Virus record (IMG/VR): IMGVR_UViG_3300032397_003421 | DNA from: an uncultured virus (IMG/VR IMGVR_UViG_3300032397_003421) | Taxonomy: Duplodnaviria > Heunggongvirae > Uroviricota > Caudoviricetes | DNA length: 64,000 nucleotides | Direction: 5' to 3' (one strand) | In this document: positions 37,583 to 47,516 of the stretch, piece after piece | How positions within the stretch are numbered: position 1 is the stretch's first letter | Layout of the letters: every line of letters begins with the position of its first letter | Program-made: the position numbers and the translations under genes | Notes under the pieces: generated by a model | What the model saw: only the letters and a program-made list of their open reading frames with translations | Databases searched by the model: none | What the model was told of the DNA's origin: nothing

Positions 37583-40252
37583 TTAAGTAATTTTTGTTAA
37601 TATTAAAGCAGTTTCTTTTTTAATTGTTATTGTAGATGTTCCCACCTCTGAGGCAAAATATAATTCAAGATTTCCTGAAACAGTAACTACTACATGACCT
37701 TCTATAATAATTAAATTATCTACATTTTGTACTTTTACTCCTACTAATCCACCAGTAGACCAATCTGCTAATGCACTTTTAGCTCTTACAGAATTAGCTC
37801 CTAAAACTCCTCCTGTAACTGCAGCTTGTGCTTGATTAACTACTCCTGTTGCTGCAATTGCTGAATCATCTACCCAACTCATATTTGCAACGAAAGAAGT
37901 TACTGTTCCTGTGTGATTTACAGATAGTTTAATACCTGTTGATGTGGCAGCCGATTGCCATAATAAATAATATTTAAAAGCGTAAGTTCCTACTCCTACA
38001 ACAAAATCTAAATTAGTTACTTTAGCTGCACTTGTAGTATTATTTGTTATTTCTGCAGATAATGCTAAAGTTGTTACTTTATTAACACTTTGTACAAATG
38101 CAGTTGATGCTGCAGAAGTATCATTAGTACTTGCTATTTTAGTTGGTATAATTGGAGATTCTATAAAAGTTTTTACTCCATTAACTGATTGAACTCCTGT
38201 AATATTTACAAATTCACTTATATTTCCAAAAGTATTATCGCCTTTAGTATAATTAGAAGATGTTCCACCTGGAATTAATTTTGCAAGAGATATACTATTA
38301 TCTACTATTTTAGTTCCTTGAATACTTATTGATGTAATTTTACTACCACTTATAGAATTATCTGCTATTGTATTAAATGAAAGAGGGTCTAATATAGATA
38401 TACTAGTTTCTTTCATAATTTGAACTCTAACTTTATCTCCAGATCTAGGAAGTTGATCTGCTACAAGTTTAGAATCAATAGTAAGTTGACTTCCAGCTCC
38501 AGCAAATAAAGTTAAAACTACCCCGCTAACTTCATATAAAGATTGATCAAGTACAACTCCATTTACTGAAACATTCATATATTCAATCCCAATTGGGGTT
38601 TGGGATAAAGTATAAACATCTTGACTTGCTGTAGCCGTAAAAGAATCTACATATATTTTACTATAGGAAGATAATTTAGAAATTGGTATGCTTGAATCTA
38701 CAATTTTACTTCCATCTATTGTATTATCTATTAAAGCAGCAATAGATAAAGGATCAAAAGAATATATATTTCCAAGTCGTACAATTTGTACTCGTAATTT
38801 ATCACCATCTATTGGAAATTGATTTGTAATTAAAGTTCCATCTAATGTTGTTTGACTTCCTGCTCCATTTAATAAAGTAAGGGTTGTATCTGCTAAAGTA
38901 TATAAAGATTGATCTAATACTATTCCATTGATAGATATAACCATATATTCTATCCCAATAGGGGTGTTTGTTAAAATAATTTCAGTTTGATTTGTAGTTA
39001 AAGTAAAAGATTCAACTGCAATTAAAGTAGGGGTTATTCCAGCAACAGAATCAACATATAATTTATTTGCCACTTCAAAATTAGTTGTAGGAGTTCCTGA
39101 AGGAGTTAATGGGCAACTTGTAAATGTTTTTATTCCTGAAATTGTTTCATTTCCTGTAAGATGTACGGCTTCTAAATCAAGTTCTTCTATTGCTGTTTGT
39201 ACAGTTGTACTAGAAATTGTACCTACAGGATTAAAAGAAACAGCAGATGCAGTTGTTGATACATTACCTGCTGCCATAGGTAAGCTAGAAACAGTTCTAT
39301 AATCATCTTGAGTAGTATCTATTGCTTGTAATATTCCATCAGCTCTTATTATTAATCTATAAATTGGTTTCATTTCTGGAGATAATCCAAAACTACCAAG
39401 ATTTGGAAATGGAATATCTCTAGCTGCCGCTACATTTTTATAGCCATTATCTGCTGCCACTGCTGCTGATACTGTTTCAACTACTATTGTTATAGGTGTA
39501 TGAACAGCTGTAGTAACATATACAAATGCATTTATAAATCTATTAACAGCAGAAGACATTGTAACTAATGAATAAGTAGAATTAACATATTGAGGTAAAT
39601 TTCCAACTTGTTTAAAAGGAACAGTAGATGCTGTTTTATCAAATGCCATTGTATTAGCGCCAGTTTGCCAAAATAATCTACAAGTATTTGGGGTTGGAAA
39701 AGCACTAGAAGCATTTACTACAAATTCAATATCTTCATCAGCAATTTCTCCTGCTGTAGTAGCAAATGTAGCTGCTGATCCAGTACCCCCATTATGTGTG
39801 AGAGTAATACCACTACGATATCTACAACCTACTGTATAATGTGCCCATATATGCCATTTATGGTCTCTATTATAAAGATGTCTTTCATCATATATAAGTC
39901 CATAATCAGTACCATTCCATAATACAGTTGCAATTAGTATATTTGAAGTTATATCTAATCCAGGAAAATTTTTAGTTGCTAATATATTACCAGTTACTCC
40001 ATCAAAATATATATAATATAATCCAGAAGTTCCATCTGTTAAAGTTGCTGTTTTATTTGAAGATACAATTATTTTTTGTCCTTGATAATAATAAGTAATT
40101 GGATTAGTAGTAGCACCAAGAGTAAATGTTGTAGTAGTTATATTTGAAGGTAATGGGTTAAATGTATCAACAGTTCGAGCTAATATTCCATGATAGTAAC
40201 TTTTTCCTGCAAGATCGGTTATTAAATTTTTTACTTGTTTTTGACTAACCAT
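37583..40252 (-). CDS. tail fibre / receptor-binding structural protein
   Basis: T/S/A/G-rich; H.TGNETISGIKTF and ASTAFV fibre motifs; duplicated internal module of about 110 aa. Confidence 0.75.
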   Translation of the reverse strand: MVSQKQVKNLITDLAGKSYYHGILARTVDTFNPLPSNITTTTFTLGATTNPITYYYQGQKIIVSSNKTATLTDGTSGLYYIYFDGVTGNILATKNFPGLDITSNILIATVLWNGTDYGLIYDERHLYNRDHKWHIWAHYTVGCRYRSGITLTHNGGTGSAATFATTAGEIADEDIEFVVNASSAFPTPNTCRLFWQTGANTMAFDKTASTVPFKQVGNLPQYVNSTYSLVTMSSAVNRFINAFVYVTTAVHTPITIVVETVSAAVAADNGYKNVAAARDIPFPNLGSFGLSPEMKPIYRLIIRADGILQAIDTTQDDYRTVSSLPMAAGNVSTTASAVSFNPVGTISSTTVQTAIEELDLEAVHLTGNETISGIKTFTSCPLTPSGTPTTNFEVANKLYVDSVAGITPTLIAVESFTLTTNQTEIILTNTPIGIEYMVISINGIVLDQSLYTLADTTLTLLNGAGSQTTLDGTLITNQFPIDGDKLRVQIVRLGNIYSFDPLSIAALIDNTIDGSKIVDSSIPISKLSSYSKIYVDSFTATASQDVYTLSQTPIGIEYMNVSVNGVVLDQSLYEVSGVVLTLFAGAGSQLTIDSKLVADQLPRSGDKVRVQIMKETSISILDPLSFNTIADNSISGSKITSISIQGTKIVDNSISLAKLIPGGTSSNYTKGDNTFGNISEFVNITGVQSVNGVKTFIESPIIPTKIASTNDTSAASTAFVQSVNKVTTLALSAEITNNTTSAAKVTNLDFVVGVGTYAFKYYLLWQSAATSTGIKLSVNHTGTVTSFVANMSWVDDSAIAATGVVNQAQAAVTGGVLGANSVRAKSALADWSTGGLVGVKVQNVDNLIIIEGHVVVTVSGNLELYFASEVGTSTITIKKETALILTKIT

Positions 40253-40325
40253 ATTTTAACTCCTATGTTATATAACAATAGGAGGGATAGTTTATATCCC
40301 TCCATAGAGTTTTTTAATTTAAATA

Positions 40326-41201
40326 TTAAACAAAATATTTTACTGAAAAAGTATCAGTTATATCTAATGCAATAATAAAATGTCCTGTCGTATTAGAATC
40401 CCAAATAAAATCAGAAGATTTCACTTGTTCAACTCCATTTTCAAGAATTTCTATTTGATTATTATCTCTAAAAGCATTAGCAGAAGCTCCAAGAACTACT
40501 CCTGAATATTCACCTGATGGAGTAGATATTCCAGATACTCCTCCAGCTCCAGTTGTAAGAGTTACAACTTCATTTGCTGCAAATGCGGTTGTAACAACAT
40601 ATTTAGCAACTTTTTGAGAAGCTCCTGTTGGTGCTACCATATCTGGAGTTATTGATCCAATTGCAACTTCATAAGTAGGAAGATTTTCTTCTGTTAACAT
40701 TACTCTTACAGCAAATTCTATTGTTGCTGTAACTGGAACAAGAGTTACTGTTCCACCAGCAGCAATATAAACAAATGATACTTGTAAATTTTCAGAAGCT
40801 GCTGCTCCAATCGCTGCTCCATCAAGAGTACCATTAGCAGCTTGAATTAAACCAAAAACTTCAAAATCTAAATACGTAATAGGATCATTTGTTGTAGCAT
40901 CTCTGATAGGAACAATATTAGCTATATTTCCTAATGAATCAGAAATATAAGTAGTAGCGGCTGTTCCAACTGCACCAGCAAGTTCTGCTGCAACTACACC
41001 ACTAGAATAAGTAGAGGCAGTTCCTAATGAAATATTCCCTGGTAGTTCTGTAGCACTGATCAAACTATATTGATCAGCTGTTAATGTTAGTGTTTGAGTA
41101 GGAACAAATGGTAGTGCTTTTACCCATGCTTTTTTTGCAAGATTGTAAAGCGATGCAAAATTGCCGCCAAATGCTACTTGTCTTTTGTTAATTTTAGCCA
41201 T
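40326..41201 (-). CDS. virion structural protein
   Basis: A/T/G-rich; C-terminal ENGVEQVK..D..W shared with 41212..41838. Confidence 0.65.
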   Translation of the reverse strand: MAKINKRQVAFGGNFASLYNLAKKAWVKALPFVPTQTLTLTADQYSLISATELPGNISLGTASTYSSGVVAAELAGAVGTAATTYISDSLGNIANIVPIRDATTNDPITYLDFEVFGLIQAANGTLDGAAIGAAASENLQVSFVYIAAGGTVTLVPVTATIEFAVRVMLTEENLPTYEVAIGSITPDMVAPTGASQKVAKYVVTTAFAANEVVTLTTGAGGVSGISTPSGEYSGVVLGASANAFRDNNQIEILENGVEQVKSSDFIWDSNTTGHFIIALDITDTFSVKYFV

Positions 41202-41211
41202 TGTTAACCTC

Positions 41212-41838
41212 CTAGGTTAATATTAAAATTTTATCTAAAACATCTAAATCTATATTAAATTTAAATGAGATATTTGAGCACCATAATACATCTACACCTT
41301 TTTCTTGATCTACTCCATTTTGAGTAATATATATTATTTTATTATCATTAAATACTAATTCACTAGATTCTAAATCTATTATATCTCCATCTACTGTATA
41401 ATTAACTCCTGAAGTATTTACATCTATGATTGTATCTTTAATTATATATCCCGTAATAGATATTACTTTCTTTTTTGTCCAACTTTGACCAGATTCTCCT
41501 TTTTCCCCTTGATCTCCTTTATCGCCCTTTTCTCCTTTATCTCCTTGATCTCCTTTTAATTCTATTTTTGCATTTAATAAAAAAATATTAGAAGTATCAT
41601 TAAAAGTAAATTTTATATCATTACCAGAAAATTCTACTGCAATAATATATTTACCTGCGGGACCAGTAATTTCACTTAAAGCAACTAAATGTTTCCAAGA
41701 AATTTCATTAACATATCTCCAATCTATATAACCAGAAACATTTCTTAATTCTATCTCTCTTCCATCTATTGGAGAAGTAAGAATAATAGATACGTCATCT
41801 ATTTCTTCTATGATATTTACGACTATATTATCAGCCAT
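41212..41838 (-). CDS. collagen-like-repeat fibre protein
   Basis: GDQGDKGEKGDKGDQGEKGE; GREIELR...IDWRY. Confidence 0.75.
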   Translation of the reverse strand: MADNIVVNIIEEIDDVSIILTSPIDGREIELRNVSGYIDWRYVNEISWKHLVALSEITGPAGKYIIAVEFSGNDIKFTFNDTSNIFLLNAKIELKGDQGDKGEKGDKGDQGEKGESGQSWTKKKVISITGYIIKDTIIDVNTSGVNYTVDGDIIDLESSELVFNDNKIIYITQNGVDQEKGVDVLWCSNISFKFNIDLDVLDKILILT

Positions 41839-42186
41839 TTATATTCCCGTTGTAATATCTTGTTCTATTTTCCACTGACCTTCTATGTACGTTTTAACTT
41901 TTCCATTTGATAAAATAATTTGAATATCATAATAATATAAAGCTGCAGGAATATCTATTATTTGAGGTACAATTTGGAATTTTCCATTTATTGCATCAAT
42001 TATTAATAATCTTCCATTTGTAGTTGATAAATCAAAATCTGATTTTAATGTTGATTTATTTGTTTTTAATGACATTTTTATAAAAGAATTAGTTAAAGAT
42101 AATGGAATTCCATTTACTAAAATAGTAAAAGTAGTTCCTTCAAATGTATCACCTTTTAAATGATCATGAAAATTATATATTTTCAT
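41839..42186 (-). CDS. BppU-N-like baseplate/fibre adaptor
   Basis: KGDTF...DAINGKF...YYYDIQI...VKTYIEG...QDIT. Confidence 0.65.
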   Translation of the reverse strand: MKIYNFHDHLKGDTFEGTTFTILVNGIPLSLTNSFIKMSLKTNKSTLKSDFDLSTTNGRLLIIDAINGKFQIVPQIIDIPAALYYYDIQIILSNGKVKTYIEGQWKIEQDITTGI

Positions 42187-42199
42187 TTATCTTATACCC

Positions 42200-42451
42200 T
42201 TAATTCCAAATACTTGAATTTCTAATTTTTAATATTTTAGTTATCCAAAAACTACCATTCCAAATTTTTATTCTTTTGTATGACATCATCAAATTACCAT
42301 TCCAAATTTTAATAATTGAATTATTTATAATTTCAGTTGTATCACCAAAAAAACTATTTGATACAAGTAAATAAGAGAAAAAATAATTATCTATTTGATA
42401 AAAATTCTTTCTATCTAATCTTCCAGGAATTTCTCTAAATATATTAGCCAT
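42200..42451 (-). CDS. small fibre-associated protein
   Basis: Repeated KIWNG motifs. Confidence 0.5.
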   Translation of the reverse strand: MANIFREIPGRLDRKNFYQIDNYFFSYLLVSNSFFGDTTEIINNSIIKIWNGNLMMSYKRIKIWNGSFWITKILKIRNSSIWN

Positions 42452-43241
42452 TTGTTATTTCAACCGTTAATTCTGGAATTCCAGAAGCTGTACTATCTGG
42501 AGTAACCATTAAAAATAAAGCCATATCTGAAAATACTTGAGGTAACCCTGTTTTAAATAAATCATGATTATCTCCACCAGCTACACTAACTACTCTTCCA
42601 GTCCATAATCTTCTCATAATATGCACATTAAAAGTTCCAGCAGAAGCAACTGTACCAGTAACAGATTCAATAATTTTAATTCCTTTATCTCCAGCTTGTA
42701 ATGGTAATTGCCACATTCTACCAAGAGTTGCTGCCACTGATACTGCAATTGGTCCAGTAGTTCTCCCTGGAACATCTGCATCATTTGTATAGGTTACAGT
42801 AACATTTTGTATTAAGGTTCCAGGAGTAACTTGTTCTACCCATAATTCTAAACCTTTATAATCACTTAATGGTAATCTCGATAAAAAAGATGGTTGTGCT
42901 GTTAAACTTACTGAAGCATTATAATTATATGCACCTGCTGAAAATAATCTATCAAATAAAGTAAATCTACCTGCTACTGTACATCCAAAATCTACTTTGG
43001 ATAAATAACCAGTATTTCCTCCTCCAAATGCATTTAAAACAGGATATCCTGCTACAGTAGGATTTGCTGGAAATATACCATTTGCAGTATTACCTACTGC
43101 TAAAGTTCCTGCCCCTGGATTTCCAGCTACATCAAATAAACTAAAAGGCATTGCAGCTACAGTTACTCGTGATGCTGTTTTCATTATAGTAATTCTTTGT
43201 TTTGCCGCACCCATATAACCATCTGTTGTTGTAATTGACAT
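42444..43241 (-). CDS. virion structural protein
   Basis: Beta-rich G/A/T ORF in fibre operon; LPLQAGDKGI. Confidence 0.65.
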   Translation of the reverse strand: MSITTTDGYMGAAKQRITIMKTASRVTVAAMPFSLFDVAGNPGAGTLAVGNTANGIFPANPTVAGYPVLNAFGGGNTGYLSKVDFGCTVAGRFTLFDRLFSAGAYNYNASVSLTAQPSFLSRLPLSDYKGLELWVEQVTPGTLIQNVTVTYTNDADVPGRTTGPIAVSVAATLGRMWQLPLQAGDKGIKIIESVTGTVASAGTFNVHIMRRLWTGRVVSVAGGDNHDLFKTGLPQVFSDMALFLMVTPDSTASGIPELTVEITNG

Positions 43242-43250
43242 AATAACCTC

Positions 43251-43796
43251 TTAGTATTCGTGATAATGTAATTTTAAAGATATATTTCTAGCTGATGTTG
43301 CTAATGATGTTAATTTTGCACTTACTCTAGAATTTGCTGCAAGTAATTCAGTTTGACATGGAATAGAACTATCTGTTGCTGAAGTACCTCTTTCAAAAGA
43401 TACCCTAGCAATTTCTTTTTCATTTCCTATTCCACCCTCAAATAATAATAATTCATATTGGTCATTACTTGATATTGTTTCTAAATTTATAAAGTGAATA
43501 TCAAAAGGAACTGTAATAGTATTTAATGGAATAATTTGAGTAAAAGTTGCATCTAATCCCCATGCAGAAGAATTAACTTTATTTATAATTGTTGCTAATG
43601 CTAAAGTTGGATAGACTTTAGCAGGTGAATGTATATGTTTTTCTAAAATATAAAGTTTAGAATAAATACTATTTCCTAATACATCATCTGTTTTATTTCC
43701 TATTACATCAGTTTCTTTTATATTATTAACACTATTTTTTAATGGAATATTTAATGTTGTTTCTTTTGCTATGGTAGTTAAAGGTGTATAACTCAT
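43251..43796 (-). CDS. virion structural protein
   Basis: In fibre operon; GAGG RBS. Confidence 0.6.
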   Translation of the reverse strand: MSYTPLTTIAKETTLNIPLKNSVNNIKETDVIGNKTDDVLGNSIYSKLYILEKHIHSPAKVYPTLALATIINKVNSSAWGLDATFTQIIPLNTITVPFDIHFINLETISSNDQYELLLFEGGIGNEKEIARVSFERGTSATDSSIPCQTELLAANSRVSAKLTSLATSARNISLKLHYHEY

Positions 43797-43810
43797 TTTT
43801 TACCTCTTTT

Positions 43811-46408
43811 TTATATTATTATCCATATGTAAGTAGCTGCACCTAAATCTATTAATAATACTGTTATACATTGCCATTGACTAACAGTAGCACTTGTTGT
43901 ACTATCAATATTTACTTCAGAACTTACAATTATATCTCCAGCTCCAATATTTTTTATGTTATATCTCTTCCCAACATATGCCGCAACTGCTGTTGGCAAA
44001 TTAACAGTAAACCCACTTACAGAATTACAAACTATATCATCATGTAAATCAGAAAGAGTTTGTGGTCCTGTTATAAATAAAGTTGTACCATTTCCAGAAT
44101 CGATCCATACATCTCCTATTGTAGGAAGAGTTGGAGGTGATGTATTAACAGTAATTTGCTCTAATCCAGAAAATGATGCAATAGGTAAATATACTAAATC
44201 TAATCCTGTAAGAGCATCGGCAATATGAACTCCTGCTTTATTTGAATCATTTTGTAATTCACTTGCTGCTGTAATTATTATTGGACCAGAGGGATCTAAT
44301 AAAGCATAATTAAAAGTATTTGTAAGATTATGGTATGTAGTTGCTGGAGTAGTGTCATCATATGACATTCTTCCAAGAAGAGGTTCATTTTTAAATACAA
44401 TACTAGATGGTGTAACTAATATTGCATCAAAAGGATAACTAGCATCTACCATGAAACTTATATTATCAAAATATAATCTTGCACTAATTGACATATAACA
44501 AGAATTCATAGCATATTTCATATTTATAAATTTACATCTATTTTGTAATGATAATATTCTTGTTACATAATCATTAAAATAAATAAGATAAGAAGATTTA
44601 TTTATTGCAGTATTTTGAACTACACTATCTCTGAAAATATCAATAACTTCAAATTTTTGTATATTTGTTGTATAACTACTAGTTAAAACTGATCCTTCTA
44701 CAACATTTAAAATAGATAAATAAGTTACGGATAAATAACTAGTAAGTAAATAAGAATCTATGGCATTAAAAGATAAGCAAGAAATATGAGTATTATAGAT
44801 ACCTGCAAAAATATCCATATGATTTCCTCTTATAGTATGATCATATCCAACATTAAAACGTCCTGTTGATACAATTTTTAAACCATAAAAATTAAGTACT
44901 CCATTTGTTGCATCTGAAATAGATATATATTTAGTTCCAAAATTTAATATAACATTATGTATAACTATATCATATGTTGCTATATCTTGACTTTGAGATA
45001 AACCACCTTGTACAAATCCTGTTTCTATCCAATCAATTCCATTTCTTAAAATAGGGATTATTCTATAAGTATAAGAAACTCCATCTCCGTTAAAAGGAAG
45101 AGAACCAGAATTCATTGTTTTAATTCTTAGAAATTTACCTGAATGTTCATCTGTTGTCCAAGATTTAGAAGTATCTGTATGTATATTGCTATCAATATCT
45201 ACTAATGCACTAAATGTTCCAGAATCTTCTATAGTAAATGCAGAATCAATATCTGCTTGAGATTTAATTTTAATTCCATTAGTTATACCAAGACCTCCAA
45301 TTATCATTTCTTTATCTATAATTAAATCATTCATGGTACTATAATCATAAACTCCATCAGCAATAAGAATTGTTATAGTAGCTCCATTTAAAATATGTCC
45401 TATATTATCTATTGCTTTATGGGGAGAATAATAAGGTAATCCAATTGTTCCATCTCCAGTTATATCATTTCCAGTAGTTGCAATATAAATAGTTCTATTT
45501 ACTAATTCACTAGGTATTACTAATGAGTTTAATGCATCTGTAACTGTAATTCCAGGAACTAGACTATCATTTTTAATGTTACTTGAAGAAGAATGCAGAG
45601 TAATAATACCTAATATACTCACTCTATCATTAATATACATCGTAGAACTATCAGTTATATAATCTCCACCTGCCTCTACTACTAAATCATAATAAGGAGA
45701 TCCTAATCCAGTTAATGTACATCCAGCCGTAAGTGTAAGATATGCACCGGATTTACATCTAAGTCCATCAGTTGCAGATAAAATTCCAAAATTTGACGCA
45801 GTAAAAAATCCACCTTCTACAATTGTACCTATTCCTGCAGAACATAAAGCAAATACATTAGAACAAACTAAATTTCCACCAGTTTGACATCTAATAGCTG
45901 TTTTAGTAGGATCAGCACTTTCACAAGAAGTTGTACAATTTTGAATAATACTTCCAAATGAACTCATTCCTGCTCCAGCAATTACTACATCACCGTCATA
46001 ATGAATTATAACAGAATCTACGGCTTCTCCATCAATTTGGACAAATGGTTTAAGCGTTATCTGTTCATTATATTTATTTGGAGATACTTTTAATAAATAT
46101 CTATTACTATCAGAAGGTGAAACAACTCCAGATAATGCAGCATTAATTGATTTAAAAGGTTTTGTAATTGCACCTGTTGGAGTATAGGCATCAATTCGTC
46201 TATTATCTATATAAAAAGTATTAGTAACTATAATTTCTGCTGATTCCCAATTTGCATTTTTTCTACTATAAGCAGATCCATCTACAGGAGCATCAGATAT
46301 TCCACCCCCTCCTCCAGCAACAGTCCAATTTGCATCTTTTCTTCCATAAGTATTTCCATCACTGGGCGCATCAGGTATTCCACTAGGCTGTACTAATTTT
46401 GTTCCCAT
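43811..46408 (-). CDS. tailspike/fibre with N-terminal foldon-like repeats and beta-helix-like regions
   Basis: DAPSDGNTYGRKDANW / DAPVDGSAYSRKNANW; G...KPFKSI..A and GND.TGDGT...PY motifs. Confidence 0.75.
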   Translation of the reverse strand: MGTKLVQPSGIPDAPSDGNTYGRKDANWTVAGGGGGISDAPVDGSAYSRKNANWESAEIIVTNTFYIDNRRIDAYTPTGAITKPFKSINAALSGVVSPSDSNRYLLKVSPNKYNEQITLKPFVQIDGEAVDSVIIHYDGDVVIAGAGMSSFGSIIQNCTTSCESADPTKTAIRCQTGGNLVCSNVFALCSAGIGTIVEGGFFTASNFGILSATDGLRCKSGAYLTLTAGCTLTGLGSPYYDLVVEAGGDYITDSSTMYINDRVSILGIITLHSSSSNIKNDSLVPGITVTDALNSLVIPSELVNRTIYIATTGNDITGDGTIGLPYYSPHKAIDNIGHILNGATITILIADGVYDYSTMNDLIIDKEMIIGGLGITNGIKIKSQADIDSAFTIEDSGTFSALVDIDSNIHTDTSKSWTTDEHSGKFLRIKTMNSGSLPFNGDGVSYTYRIIPILRNGIDWIETGFVQGGLSQSQDIATYDIVIHNVILNFGTKYISISDATNGVLNFYGLKIVSTGRFNVGYDHTIRGNHMDIFAGIYNTHISCLSFNAIDSYLLTSYLSVTYLSILNVVEGSVLTSSYTTNIQKFEVIDIFRDSVVQNTAINKSSYLIYFNDYVTRILSLQNRCKFINMKYAMNSCYMSISARLYFDNISFMVDASYPFDAILVTPSSIVFKNEPLLGRMSYDDTTPATTYHNLTNTFNYALLDPSGPIIITAASELQNDSNKAGVHIADALTGLDLVYLPIASFSGLEQITVNTSPPTLPTIGDVWIDSGNGTTLFITGPQTLSDLHDDIVCNSVSGFTVNLPTAVAAYVGKRYNIKNIGAGDIIVSSEVNIDSTTSATVSQWQCITVLLIDLGAATYIWIII

Positions 46409-46418
46409 ATATAATTAC

Positions 46419-46760
46419 CTATTTCATTTTAGCATATGCCATTATTTTTCTAGATACTCCAATTGCGATTAATTTTTTTTGTTTTTCAAATTTTTCAGGA
46501 TAAGAATCTGCCATATTCTGTAATACTTCATTTGCAGAATCTAGACCAGAAATAATTCCATCACCTATAAAACTAATACAAGTTGATCTATTCATATTTT
46601 TCTTTTTCATAATAAACATAATACATTTAGCAATAGATTCTTCCGCATCTTGTACAGTATTTATTGTAATGGAAGCTTCTGTTAATATTTCTTTATTTTC
46701 TTTAAGAATATCTTTATATAATGTATTGTCTCCACTTCTATCTATTTCATATTTTTTCAT
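46419..46760 (-). CDS. MKKY-leader protein embedded in fibre operon
   Basis: MKKYE...LKE...LTE|ASITINTV; homologous to the distal part of 33736..34233. Confidence 0.65.
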   Translation of the reverse strand: MKKYEIDRSGDNTLYKDILKENKEILTEASITINTVQDAEESIAKCIMFIMKKKNMNRSTCISFIGDGIISGLDSANEVLQNMADSYPEKFEKQKKLIAIGVSRKIMAYAKMK

Positions 46761-46786
46761 TTTATAATACCCCTTATAATATTTAA

Positions 46787-47170
46787 TTAACTTGTTGGTG
46801 AATTTTTATATCCTATAAATTCTACTGTTAAAGATGATGTAGCAGTTAAGGCAGTTGCATGAATTATAAATTTATAACATCTACCAAATGAAGTAAAATC
46901 ATCTTGTAGTATATACGTTTTTAATAATCTTACAAATGTAAATGATGAAGGATTTGCTACATATTCAGCATATTCAGCTGCACTATTTAAACTTAACCAT
47001 TCTAATGGAGCCCCACAATCATTTATAATTTGAATTTCTTGAGGATGTAATTTTCTTGCATCGGCATTCCCAGTTACAGAAGTATTAGTTTTAATTATTT
47101 CTACATTTAATACTATAGGATCTCCAACATTTAAGTCTGTATGAGTAATCACAAATCTTTGATTTATCAT
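46787..47170 (-). CDS. structural protein, first gene of fibre operon
   Basis: TACTAATA at 47208-47215; GAGGA RBS. Confidence 0.6.
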   Translation of the reverse strand: MINQRFVITHTDLNVGDPIVLNVEIIKTNTSVTGNADARKLHPQEIQIINDCGAPLEWLSLNSAAEYAEYVANPSSFTFVRLLKTYILQDDFTSFGRCYKFIIHATALTATSSLTVEFIGYKNSPTS

Positions 47171-47235
47171 TTTAAATAATCCTCATTTTTACTTTAAAAT
47201 CTTTAATTATTAGTAAAAATAAATGTAAAAAATAA

Positions 47236-47267
47236 AAAACTCTAACACTTTCATCTGTTAGAGTTTT
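47236..47267. terminator. intrinsic terminator
   Basis: AAAACTCTAACA / TGTTAGAGTTTT. Confidence 0.65.
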
Positions 47268-47312
47268 CTTGGCGAAAATCCTTGTCGGGATATATTAATT
47301 ATTTCCAACCTT

Positions 47313-47513
47313 CTAGTTATCGTTTATCATTCTCCTCAATTCTTTAATCCTATAATTTATTTCATGATATTCTTCTAATTGATCTATTGAGAGTGTATAA
47401 TCTTTTATTCTTTGAATAGTCTCATGATATTCATCTAACATATCTGGAGACATTGCATATTGTTTTTGAATATTTTTAAGATGTTCGTATTCTTTATTTA
47501 ATTGATCTATCAT
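47313..47513 (-). CDS. hypothetical protein
   Basis: ORF with internal repeat L(D/E)EYHE...RIK. Confidence 0.5.
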   Translation of the reverse strand: MIDQLNKEYEHLKNIQKQYAMSPDMLDEYHETIQRIKDYTLSIDQLEEYHEINYRIKELRRMINDN

Positions 47514-47516
47514 TTT

